From Candidatus Eiseniibacteriota bacterium (GTDB lineage Bacteria > Eisenbacteria > RBG-16-71-46): a DNA stretch of 64,000 nt. The stretch's first letter is position 1. The number at the start of each line of letters is the position of its first letter. The stretch covers positions 128,001-192,000 of the forward strand of contig CAVSAC010000014.1 in assembly GCA_963725865.1 (NCBI GenBank). The letters are read 5' to 3'. Below are positions 13,871 through 29,455 of this stretch, piece by piece. Under the pieces are notes generated by a model, which did not search any database, was not told where the DNA came from, and worked only from the letters and a program-made list of their open reading frames with translations. The translations under genes and the position numbers were made by a program.

Positions 13871-14791
13871 CGCCGGCGCGGCGCCAGCGTGATGAGCGCC
13901 ACCGCCCCCACGATCACGGTCGCCGCCAGCATCGTGCGCGCCCCGAGCGGCTCGCCCGCGAGCGCCCAGCCCAGGAACACCGCGACCACCGGGTTCACGA
14001 ACGCGTAGGTCGCCGCGCGCGACGGCGAGGCGACCCGCAGCAGCCACAGGTACGCGGTGAAGGCCACGATCGAGCCGAACAGCGCCAGGTAGCCCAGCGA
14101 CAGCAGCGCGCGCACGCCGACGTGCGACCAGTCGAAGCGCGCGGGCTCGCCGGCGGCCCAGCCCGCGAGCGCCAGGCACACGCTGCCGGCGAGCATCTCC
14201 ATCGCGGTGCCCATCAGCGGATCGCTCGGCAGCGGTCACCCGCGGCGCCAGCAGCGAGCCCACGGACCACGAGAGCGAGCCGGCCACCAGCACGCCCGCC
14301 GCCAGCAGGTCGATGCGATTGCTGCCCGCGAGCGACTCGGGGCCCACCAGGATCGCGATGCCCGCGAGCCCCATCGCCACCCCCAGCCACGCGCGCCGGC
14401 CCGGCCGCGTTCCGCCGCCGACGCCCTGCAGCAGCGCCATCCACAGCGGCACCGACGCCACCATGAGCGCCGTGAGGCCCGAGGGCACGCGGGTCTCCGA
14501 CCACACCACCGCGCCGTTGCCGCCCAGCAGCATCAGCGCGCCCACCAGCCCCGCCGAGGCCCAGTGGCGCGCGGTCGGCCACGGGGCCCCGCGCAGGCGC
14601 AGCCACGCGAACATCGTCACGCCGGCGAGCAGGAAGCGCAGGCTCGCCATCAGGAACGGCGGGATGTCCGCGATCGCCCAGCGGATCGCGAGGTAGGTCG
14701 AGCCCCAGATCAGGTACACGCACGCGAAGGCGAACACCACCTGCCAGCGCGGCGGGGCGGACGACGAGGTCGGGGGGTGCGCGGGGGTCAT
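13867..14791 (-). CDS. EamA/DMT transporter, YedA-like (frameshift near 14230)
   Basis: VYLIWGSTYLAI, FGSIVAFTAYLWLL, TYAFVNPVVAVFLGW. Confidence 0.88.
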
Positions 14792-14914
14792 CGTGCCGCC
14801 ATCTTACCGGCCCGGCGCCGGCGGGTGTAACCTCCTGTCGGTTCCCCGAACCGCGGCGCGACGCCGCCCCGAGGCGCTCCACGCCGCCCGCCGCATCCGC
14901 ATCAGGGGGCCGTC

Positions 14915-16065
14915 ATGCGCCTCTCGACCCTGTTGCTGGCACTCGCGCACTCGCTGCGCTCGCCGCGCTCGCCGCGCCCGCCACCGCCGACCCGTTCCTC
15001 GTCGATGTCGCCAACCGCACCATCGAGACCTCGATGATCCGCGTGCGCTTCGACGCCACCCAACCCGAGCGACTGCTGAACGTGGTGTACAAACCGTTCG
15101 GCGACTTCAACCTCAACGGCGAGTCCATGCCGTACGAGTTCAGCGGCCAGTCGATCCGCGGGATGTGGGCCGGGCAGGGCTTCATCTGGCCCGCGCCGGT
15201 GACCCAGCTCTGGCAGGTGCTCGAACAGGACCAGCAGCACCTGCGCGTGCGCATCGAGTCGCAGTCGGTGAAGGAGGGCACCAGCCTGCTCGAGCCCCCG
15301 GTGAGCACGGTGTACACGTTCTTCGCCGACTCGGCCGGCTTCCAGGTGGAGCGCACCTTCCACTTCGACGACGTGCCGCTGACCGAGGACTTCCAGCTCT
15401 ACGTGCTGCGCGTCTCGCTCTCGTACGCGGCCCACCTGCGCTGGCGCAGCGACACCGGCTCGATGCAGCAGACCGACCCGTGCCTCTACGGGTGCTGGAC
15501 CAGCGCCTGGGATCGCCACTGGGTGCAGACCTACGGCGGCACCCTCGGCGTCGCGCTCATGCTGGCACCCGAGTGCGCGGGCACGCTCCGCCTCGCGTAC
15601 GACCGCGACAACAATTCGTGGGCCGAGTGGGCGAGCCCGATCACCGGCAGCATCGCGTGCTCGAGCGACAAGACCTACCGGATGCTGGTGCACTTCTCCA
15701 CCTCTCCATCCGACGTCCTGCTGCTCGACGGCGTGTACGCGTGGTTCGCTGCGCTACCGCCAGCGGCCGTGGACGCGGCGCCGCCGGTCGCGGCACTGGG
15801 CCTCGAGCTGGCGCCCAATCCGAGCGCGGCGGCAGTGCGGGTGGCGCTCGCGCTGTCCGCCCCCGCCGCGGTCGACGTGGCGGTGTTCGACCTCGCCGGT
15901 CGCCGCGTGGCCACGCTGCGGTCGGGCGCGTGCGCGGCCGGCACCACCACGCTGGCCTGGGACGGCCGCGACGCGCGCGGGGCGCGGGTGCCGCCGGGGC
16001 TCTACCTGGTGCGCGCCGCGCGCGACGGCGCCGCGGTCGCGAGGCGGCTGGTGCGGCTGGAATGA
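14915..16065 (+). CDS. Secreted protein with C-terminal FlgD-Ig/T9SS-type sorting domain (frameshift in the signal peptide)
   Basis: Signal-like start MRLSTLLLAL at 14915; C-terminus APNPSAAAV...VFDLAGRRVATL...WDGRD...PGLYLVR. Confidence 0.8.
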
Positions 16066-16068
16066 ACG

Positions 16069-16104
16069 CGACGCCCCGCGCCGTGGAGCGGGCGCGGGGC
16101 GTCG
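16069..16104. terminator. GC-rich hairpin between convergent genes
   Basis: cgacgccccgcgcc ... ggcgcggggcgtcg inverted repeat. Confidence 0.65.
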
Positions 16105-16128
16105 GATCGCGGCAGAGGTCGGGCGCGG

Positions 16129-21657
<5,529 letters not shown>

Positions 21658-21872
21658 GGTGCTCCTTGGACGGAGGCGAGCGTCGCCGGGCCCATCGTGG
21701 TCCCGGCAGCGGGGATGTCGATAGGTGTAATGGTCCACGCAGCGCGCGTCGAGCGCAAACTGGGAGTGGTTCCCTCCGGCAGGACGCACACGAGTTTCGC
21801 GCGTCGCCGTCCGCTCGCGCGAGGGGGCGGCCCGCCGCGTCCCTGCGCGAGCCGCCCGAGCTTGCGAGGAAC

Positions 21873-22982
21873 CTAGAACTGCATTCGCACGCCGGTCTCG
21901 ATGACGTCGTCGAAGAACCGATCCACCTGCCGCCACGACAGGTCGACGCCGAGCTTGGTGCCGCCGACGCGCACCGTCGTGCCCGCGCCGAACGCGAGCC
22001 CGCCGTAGAGGTCGTCGCCGCTCGTGAAGCTCATCGACTCGGCTCCGGTGTCGGGATCGACCACGTTCACGATCGAGCCGACGTACGAGCCGCGCAGCGC
22101 GAACACGTGCCGGTAGTCCCACTCCAGCCCCGCGGACAGGTTGTCGCCCGCGAAATTGTTGTTCTGGAACGCCGAATGGAACGTCACGCGCTGCTCGGTG
22201 GCGCGCCACATGTCGTAGGTCGCCGAGAACGTGAAGTACGACGGCATCTCGAAGGGCGCCGACGACAGCCGATAGATGCGGTTGGTCGCCGACGGGTCGC
22301 TGCCCGGCGGCTGGATGCTGGTCTCCAGTCCGGGACCGCCGAACTGCATGCTCGACCCGAAGTTCTTCATGACCACTCCGAACTGCAGGTTGCGCCAGCC
22401 GGTCTGGTACTGGACCCCGAAGTCGAACGCCAGCCCGCTCGCCGTCATGTCCTGGATGCGCTCGCCCACGTAGTCGGCCGTCACGCCGAACTTGACGCGA
22501 TCGGTGAACGTGCGCGCCCACGACAGGCCCATCACGACGAACGTCGGCTGCAGGACCTCGCCGGTGCCCTCGGGCGCCGCCTCGGTGGTGACGATGATGT
22601 CGCCGACCGAGAGCGCCTTGAGCTGCAGCCCGAGGGTGCCGAGATCCCCGACATGGGTGCCGAGCGCGAGGTAGTTCAGCCGCATGTCCGCGAAGTAGCG
22701 CGTGCTGCTGAACAGCGCCTCGGTGCGCTCGATGGTCGCGAGGCCGGCGGGATTCCAGAACGCCGCCTCGATGCCGCTCACGTCGCCCGCGATGGCCCCG
22801 CCCAGCGCGTTGCCCCGCGGCCCCACCGGGATGCGCAGCTCCTGCGCGCCCCCGGTGCCCTTGCGCTCGTCCGAACCGGCGCCCGCGGCGCCCGCCCACA
22901 TCAGGAGGGCGAGCAGTCCCAGGGCACCCGCCCGCTTCCGGGCGCTCGCCCGGCCGGCTCGATGCTCAGAGATGTTGTGCAT
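21873..22982 (-). CDS. PorV/PorQ-family outer-membrane beta-barrel
   Basis: ELRIPVGPRGNALGGA...AAFWNPAGLA, FDFGVQY, GVVMKNFG, terminal Phe. Confidence 0.85.
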   Translation of the reverse strand: MHNISEHRAGRASARKRAGALGLLALLMWAGAAGAGSDERKGTGGAQELRIPVGPRGNALGGAIAGDVSGIEAAFWNPAGLATIERTEALFSSTRYFADMRLNYLALGTHVGDLGTLGLQLKALSVGDIIVTTEAAPEGTGEVLQPTFVVMGLSWARTFTDRVKFGVTADYVGERIQDMTASGLAFDFGVQYQTGWRNLQFGVVMKNFGSSMQFGGPGLETSIQPPGSDPSATNRIYRLSSAPFEMPSYFTFSATYDMWRATEQRVTFHSAFQNNNFAGDNLSAGLEWDYRHVFALRGSYVGSIVNVVDPDTGAESMSFTSGDDLYGGLAFGAGTTVRVGGTKLGVDLSWRQVDRFFDDVIETGVRMQF

Positions 22983-22995
22983 GATCAGCCCCCTC

Positions 22996-25900
22996 TCAAT
23001 AGGTGGTCAGCCGTTCCTTTTCCATGAACACCGCGATCCGGCCGAACGTGGACCCCACGCCCGGCGCGTCGACGTGGAAGACGTACACGCCGCTGCCGAC
23101 CGGCAGGCGATTGCGCGTCTGCAGGTCCCATTCGAGGATCGAGGTGGTGGCGTCCGTCTTCTCGAGCGTGCGCACCAGGTCGCCGGCCAGGTTGAAGATG
23201 CGGACGGTCGCGTGCTCCGGCAGGTTGATGAAGCGCACCACGCGGGCGAACGGGCTCAGCTCGTACGCCGAGTGCGCGTAGTACGGATTGGGCACGACGC
23301 GGATGCGCTTCAGGTTCGCCTTCGCGAGCCCGGCGTCGTTGCGCACCAGCGCGTGGGTCGTGAACTCGTAGATGTCGTTCGAGGTCGCGGGCTGCGCCCA
23401 CAGCCACTGGAACGCGTCGCCGTCGTCGACCACGGCGCCCCCGCTCGGCTTGCGCGCCCACAGCGCGTAGAGGATCGGCATCTCGTCCGCGAGGATCGCG
23501 CCGTCGGCGGCGAACTCTGCCTTGGGCGTGTCGCTGTACGGGCGCTTGAGCACGAACAGGTACTCGCCGCCGCCGTCCTCGTCGGCGTTCGGCGCCCACG
23601 TGGAGTCGAACGTCGCGAGCTGGCTCGCGGGCGGCTGGATCGTGCCGGCCGCGTCGGCGACCGTGCGCTCCACCCACGCGACGTCGAGTTGCTCGCCGTG
23701 GCTCACGTCCCACACCTGGAACGGGACCGTGTGAAAGCCCCCGTAGCGGTACTCGCGCCCGTTGTCGGGCGCGGTGCCGTCGTCGAGCTGCAGCCGCAGG
23801 AAGCGATAGCCCTGCTGCGTCGCGGTGCGGCTGAACCGCAGCTGCACGGTGCCGAAGGAATCGGGCGCCACGGCCGGATCGAGCGCGCCGCCCCAGAAGT
23901 TGAATCCGCTGTCGCCGCCGCCGTCGAAGAACGGACCGCCGCCGCCCGCCACTCCGCCGAGCCCGGCCGCGTGCGTCGCGACCTCATCGAGGTAGCCCGC
24001 GTCCTGGAACGCCGGCACGTAGGCGCCGCGCACCTTCACCATCAGGCCGTCCACCACCCGGTACTCGCCCGCCCCCGTCTTGTTGATCTGGCGCTTGAGC
24101 AGCGTGTCCCCCGTGGTGACGTCGGTCAGGTCCCAGCCGAACAGGACGTCCTGACCGTCCACCTGCGGGAAGGGCGGCGACAGCGGGGTGAACGTCACGC
24201 GATAGCGGTGCCCCGTCACCTGCACGGGATCGACCACCTGAATGTCGAGCACGTCGGTCGACGGCGACAGCGCCGAGTCGACGCGCGCGTGCGTGAAGGC
24301 GGTCGGATCGGTCGAGGCGTAGTCGGTGCCGCCGGGCGCGCGCTGCGGGATCGCAGCGAGCACCTGCGGCGAGTTCTCGAGCACCTTGGGGAACCCGTCC
24401 GCGAAGAACGAGTACGCCGTCACCGCGTAGTAGTACTGGGTGGCGTCGAGCAGCGGGCCGCCGCGCACCGCGTCGGTGGTCGCGGTGTAGCTGAACCGCA
24501 GCCCGGTGTTCTCGCCGAACGCCACCACGAAGTCGGTGAACTCCGAGCAGGAGCCCGCGTCGAAGACGTCGTCGCGCACGCGGCCGACGTCGTCCGCCAG
24601 GTCGTAGGTCGCGAGCCGCTTCCACGGCCCGGTGGCGGTCTCGCCCTGGTACACGACGTAGCCCTGGAACGCGTATCGCGGATCGTGGTATCCGAGCCGC
24701 GAGCCCTCGTTCCACGACAGCGTCACGTGACCGTGGTCGGTCGCGACCGCGACCTGCGGCTGCGGCGGCGGGCTCGGCAGCGCGAACGAGGAGTCGAACG
24801 CGGCCTGCGCCACGCGGTCGTTGAACTTCATCGCCTCGATCGACGACAGGCGATCGCCGCACTGGCCGAGCACGATCCCGGCCACCACCTCCTGCGTGTC
24901 GCCGGGCGCCATCGTGAACGGCCCCGACGACATCATCATGCGGCGATCGGCCGGATTGGTGTCCAGCCAGCCGGTGCCGGTGACCGGATTGCCCGAGTTG
25001 TAGAACGTCGTCACGACGCCCCGCGGGTCGGTGAGGACGCTGCCGTCCGGCTTGAGCCCGAGCATGTAGTTGTACGTCTCGTCGGGCGCCTGCGGGTCGA
25101 GGTTGTTGATGTACTTGTTGAACGACGACAGCCCCAGCCGGGCCGCGCCCACCCGCGGCCCGCGCAGGAAGTCGAAGCCGACCGCCGGCGGCACCGCGCC
25201 GTAGTTCAGGTCGTTGTTCGTGGAGTTGTAGACGTACCCCATCGCGAGCGTGGTGTCGCTGCCGACCAGGTCGTCGGAGGCCCCGCCCAGGTCGGGATCG
25301 GACCACAGCGAGACGTACATCTGGTCGAGCGTCTCGGTGCCCTTGTTGATGATCCTGAACTTCATGAACGCCGTGGTGCCGAGTGCCCCCAGCCGGTCGA
25401 AGGCGAACGTGGTCTGCTGGATCTCCACGCCCAGCGGCAGGCTGTTCCCGGGCGGATCGGTGTGCGGCGCGGGATCGGCGTCGTTGTAGACGCACCACAG
25501 CATCTGGTCGCCGAGCACGTCGGGACCGGGCACGTCGACCGAATCCCCCTCCGCCGGCGTCGACGTGTCGGGGAGGCGGTAGAGCTTCCACGGCGCGCCG
25601 TACGGCGCCGCGCCGCTCATGTACTCGCTCCACGAGTGGTGGACCAGCGGGTCCGTGGACTCGTCCGCCGCGTCGCGCGTCACGTGCGCGGTGTCCTGCG
25701 GATTCCCGGTGAAGCGCGCCATCTTGTAGACGACGTGCGCCGAGCCGGTGGGATCGGCGGGCGTGCCGTCCACGATCGGACCCGGCAGGTACTCCTGCTG
25801 GTAGTCCGCGACCGTGGCGCGCACCTCGCCGTTCACCTTCGCCCCCAGCCACAGCCCGGACGCGTAGATCACTCCGTTCACGGACTGGCCGTTGGGGTAC

Positions 25901-26145
25901 ACGAGCCCCGGCAGGAACGCGTCCTGGCGGCCGGCGAACGCGCCGAAGTTCGAGACCCACATGTTGAACCGGTTGATGTCCAGATGGCGGTCGCCCACGA
26001 ACGACGTCACGTGGAGCGTGCTCTGGCCGTGCAGCGGTTGCGCCCCGCGCCCCCGCGCCGGCGCCGCCGCGCGGGCTGGCGCGACGCACGTGACGAGCGT
26101 CAGCGCGGCCAGCGTCGCGGTCCGGATGTCGCGTCGGATGTTCAT
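22996..26145 (-). CDS. ~1049-aa secreted protein with T9SS-like C-terminal domain
   Basis: Signal peptide; DRRMMMSSGPFTMAPGDTQEV; Fn3-like segment; C-terminus IRVVPNPY...FINLP...IFNLAGDLVR...WDL...SGVYVFHV. Confidence 0.85.
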   Translation of the reverse strand: MNIRRDIRTATLAALTLVTCVAPARAAAPARGRGAQPLHGQSTLHVTSFVGDRHLDINRFNMWVSNFGAFAGRQDAFLPGLVYPNGQSVNGVIYASGLWLGAKVNGEVRATVADYQQEYLPGPIVDGTPADPTGSAHVVYKMARFTGNPQDTAHVTRDAADESTDPLVHHSWSEYMSGAAPYGAPWKLYRLPDTSTPAEGDSVDVPGPDVLGDQMLWCVYNDADPAPHTDPPGNSLPLGVEIQQTTFAFDRLGALGTTAFMKFRIINKGTETLDQMYVSLWSDPDLGGASDDLVGSDTTLAMGYVYNSTNNDLNYGAVPPAVGFDFLRGPRVGAARLGLSSFNKYINNLDPQAPDETYNYMLGLKPDGSVLTDPRGVVTTFYNSGNPVTGTGWLDTNPADRRMMMSSGPFTMAPGDTQEVVAGIVLGQCGDRLSSIEAMKFNDRVAQAAFDSSFALPSPPPQPQVAVATDHGHVTLSWNEGSRLGYHDPRYAFQGYVVYQGETATGPWKRLATYDLADDVGRVRDDVFDAGSCSEFTDFVVAFGENTGLRFSYTATTDAVRGGPLLDATQYYYAVTAYSFFADGFPKVLENSPQVLAAIPQRAPGGTDYASTDPTAFTHARVDSALSPSTDVLDIQVVDPVQVTGHRYRVTFTPLSPPFPQVDGQDVLFGWDLTDVTTGDTLLKRQINKTGAGEYRVVDGLMVKVRGAYVPAFQDAGYLDEVATHAAGLGGVAGGGGPFFDGGGDSGFNFWGGALDPAVAPDSFGTVQLRFSRTATQQGYRFLRLQLDDGTAPDNGREYRYGGFHTVPFQVWDVSHGEQLDVAWVERTVADAAGTIQPPASQLATFDSTWAPNADEDGGGEYLFVLKRPYSDTPKAEFAADGAILADEMPILYALWARKPSGGAVVDDGDAFQWLWAQPATSNDIYEFTTHALVRNDAGLAKANLKRIRVVPNPYYAHSAYELSPFARVVRFINLPEHATVRIFNLAGDLVRTLEKTDATTSILEWDLQTRNRLPVGSGVYVFHVDAPGVGSTFGRIAVFMEKERLTTY

Positions 26146-26174
26146 CCTCGGCCTCCTCTCGATCGGTCGCATGG

Positions 26175-29028
26175 TCAGAAGCTCGTCCGCAGGCCGAAAC
26201 GCACGAGCCGTGGGTTGCCGTAGTAGTTCGGGTCGTTCTGCGCCAGGTCGTACAGCGCCGCGCCGTCGCGCCCGGCGTCCGCCGCAGTCTGCAGGTAGGC
26301 CTGCCCGTCGGGCGTGTCGAGGAAGCCGGTGTTGGTCGGCGACCCGGTCGACGTGAACACCTGGATCGCGTTGCGGACGTCGAACACGTTGAGCACGGTC
26401 GCGAACGCCTCGAAGTCGATCCCGCTGAGCGTGAAGCCGCGGGTCGCCTTGAGGTCGAGGTTCGAGGTCCACGGGCCGTAGCGCGAGTTGATCGAGCCCG
26501 ACGGCGAGGTGGCGACCGTACCCAGCGTGACCTCGTCGTACACCTGGGTGGGCGTGTACGGCGTGCCGCTCGCCACGTTGAACAGCAGGTTCAGTCCGGT
26601 TCGCTCGAGCGGACGGTGCCCCTTCAGGAGCGGGCCCTGCCCGTGCGGCAGGTTCCAGTCGAGGTTGACCGACAGCTTGTGCCGCTGGTCGAAGTCGAGC
26701 GGCGCGGTCTGCTTGGGGGTCTGCGTCCCCGCCAACGCCGGGTTGCGCTGCGAATTCGACACCGAGCCGGTGCCCTGCGCGTACGACAGGCTGTACGACA
26801 GGTTCGCCGCCAGATGGCTCACCGGCTGCATCGTCAGGCCGAGGTCCACGCCCTTGACGGTGGCGAAGTCGCGGTTGCGGAAGCTCGCGAACACCTTCGG
26901 ATGCGAAGGCACCGCGGTGATCTCGACCAGGTCCCTCACGTCCTTGTAGTACGCCGTCACGTCGAGCCGCACGTGATCGCCCATCAGCCGGCCGACGCCG
27001 ACCTCGTACGCGGTGGTGCGCTCGGGCTTCAGGTTCGGATTGCCGAAGCCCACGAAGAACGGCGCCTGCCGCACCATGTAGTCGAGGAACCGATAGGACA
27101 CGTACAGGTCCTGCAGGTTCGGCTGCTGGTAGAACTGGCCGTAGTTGAAGCGCAGCAGCGTCCGCTCGTCGACCGGGAACGCCACCCCGAACCGCGGCGA
27201 GATGCGCGCGTAGGTCTTGTTCCGCTCGCAGGTCCCGCGACTCCAGCACGTCGGGGAGGTTGCCCGGGTCGGAGAGCGTGTCACCGAGCGGGAAGTGGTC
27301 GTTGCGCAGCGCCGGCGTGTCGACGTCGATGTAGTCGAACCGCAGCCCGCCGTTCACCACCAACCCCTCGCGCTCGTACTTGTCCTGCGTGTAGAGCGAG
27401 AAGGTCTTCGGGTGCTTGGGACCGTCGCGGCTGCCGTCGCCGTTCTCGACGATGCGCGCCGACGTCACGGCGCCGGTCGCATCGCGCTCCACGACCAGGT
27501 CGTACCCGTAGCCGTCCCAGTCGGTGAGATCGGGATGGTCCCCGAGCAGCGCGGACGGCGCGAAATGGTTGAAGAAGCGCAGCGTGTGCCGCTGGAAGTC
27601 CGCCCCCGCCTTGAGCTGGTTGTGGTTGTCGAACTGCCACACCAGGCTCCCCTGCCCGCCGACGTACGAGGAGCGGCGCTGCAGGTAGTCGTCCCACACG
27701 TGCCCGGACTTCCAGAACATCGGGCTCTCGGAGTCGAAGCGCGGGTTGGGCGAGCGCGCGTACGCGTTCAGGTCGTCGAACGCCACCCCGTCGCCGCGCC
27801 GGCGCTCGGTCTCGAAGAAGTTGGTGCCGAGGCTGTAGAACATCTTCGGGCTCAGCGTCTGGTTCCAGGTCGCGAAGTACGAGGCGTTCTGGTCCAGGTA
27901 GCGCGGCGTGTGCTCGAGGTCGAACAGGTAGGCGTTCCGGTATTCGCGCCAGTCGTCGCGCGAGCCGAGGCCACCCACCTTCAGCGAGGCACGGTCGCCG
28001 AGCCGCCAGTTCAGCTTGCCCTGCAGGCTGTAGCCGCCCTGGCTGTTGTTGGGCTTGATGTCGCCCTGCAGGCCCTGCGAGCGCAGCTCGCGCTCGAGCA
28101 CGTCCGGGATGAAGCTGGGCGCGCGGTCGCGCTGCCAGCGGCGTTCGCCCGACACGTAGAACGTCAGGTCGTCGCGGCCCGGGATGACGGGGCCGCCGAG
28201 CGAGCCGTCGTAGAGGTTGTAGTCGGCGCGCCGGGTGCCCGCCCACTTGCCGGCGAGCGCGTCGGAGACCGCCTCGACCGCCCCCTTGTACGTCTTGCTC
28301 CCCTCGCGCGTCACCACGTTGACCGCGCCCGACATGATGCGGCCGTACTCGGGCGCGAAGCCGCCGGTGAGCACGACGACCTCCTCGATGGCGTTGTTGT
28401 TGATCGCCGTGCTCGAGGATCCCGTGAGCGGGTCCTGCTGCGAGAAGCCGTCGACGAAGTACGCGGTCTCGTTCGGGCGCCCGCCGCGGATGATCAGCGT
28501 GTTCCCGTTCGAGGTCTCGTTGTCGATCTGGCGCTGGAAGTTGACGACCCCCGTCTGCTGCGCGGCCGCGTCGCGATAGCCGCGGGTCGGCAGCTTCTGG
28601 ATGTCCTGCGAGCTGATGAAGCGCGTGGTGCCGGTCGCGTCCTTCTGGAGCAGTGGGCGCTCCGCCTCGACGCGCACCTCGCCCAACTGCACCGCCTCGG
28701 TCCGCAGTACGACGTCGAGCGACGTGGTGAAGTCCGGGCGGATGACGACGTTGTCGGCGAGGTAGGCCGCGTGACCGAGCAGGTTGACGCGCACGGCGTA
28801 CGTCCCGGCGGGCAACCCGATGATGAAGTACTCCCCGTTCTCGTCGGAGGCCGCGCCCATGCGCATCGCGTCGATGCGCACGTTGGCCCCCATCAGGGGT
28901 TCCTTCTTCTCGTTCACGACGCGGCCCGCGAGCTTGCCCGTGGTCCCGGCCCGGGCCTCCGGCGCGCCCAGGACGAAGGCCGCGGCCAGGCTCAGCGATC
29001 CCAACACCTGGATGATGCGGCGGGTCAT
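26175..29028 (-). CDS. TonB-dependent receptor with N-terminal carboxypeptidase-regulatory-like domain (frameshift near 27230)
   Basis: GTTGKLAGRV, IRGGRPNETAYFVDG, GGFAPEYG, GNPNLKPERTTAYEVG, terminal PRLVRFGLRTSF. Confidence 0.92.
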
Positions 29029-29103
29029 GAGCGTTTCTCCTTTCGCGCTCCTCCAGGAGCGATCGAGGCCGAACGCGCCGCGCGGGTGCGCACAGCACGC
29101 ACA

Positions 29104-29236
29104 GGCCGTACTTGTGCTGGAGGGAGGAGGGACCTGCACTACCGGTGCGCCCGGAGCGCGCCGCACAGACTGCTGCCACGTGGGGAGGGCCCGAGTCGTC
29201 GCCGAACGCAACACGACGGCCGTACTCGTGCTGGAG
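29104..29236 (-). repeat. Tandem imperfect repeat in the TonB-receptor leader (19-nt core, 114-nt period)
   Basis: ggccgtactYgtgctggag at 29104-29122 and 29218-29236 (18/19 identical). Confidence 0.8.
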
Positions 29237-29346
29237 TTGGGAGGACTCAGCGCGGTGAGGGCACGACGCCCGGTGTGTCGCGTCGCCGCATCGGATCCCG
29301 AGGGAGGCCAGTGGGGCCATGGGACCCAGCCGCTGCTGATGCCTGC

Positions 29347-29375
29347 ACGCTAGGACAGCTACGACTCTCAGTCCA
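29347..29375 (-). promoter_or_regulatory. Putative sigma70 promoter of the TonB-receptor cassette
   Basis: TGGACT-N17-TAGCGT just downstream of the glyS terminator. Confidence 0.45.
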
Positions 29376-29398
29376 TCCTGAGATGCATCCTGGCCGCG

Positions 29399-29437
29399 AA
29401 AGATGCGGGCCCTCGCCACATCGCGACGAGGACCCGC
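29399..29437 (-). terminator. Putative intrinsic terminator after glyS
   Basis: 15-bp stem GCGGGUCCUCGUCGC/GUGGCGAGGGCCCGC followed by AUCUUU. Confidence 0.65.
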
Positions 29438-29455
29438 GGCGCCGCAGCGGAACGC

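Noticed and set aside
22996..29214. 2072-aa ORF suggesting a TonB receptor-cargo fusion
   Set aside because: This is an artefact of one frameshift near 27230. The receptor's true C-terminus (26175-27284 frame) ends in Phe-stop, and the next gene has its own RBS and signal peptide.
29041..29375. Glycine riboswitch next to glyS (GCCGAA, CTCTCAG fragments on the plus strand)
   Set aside because: It has the wrong orientation and position (downstream of glyS), and the consensus is incomplete.
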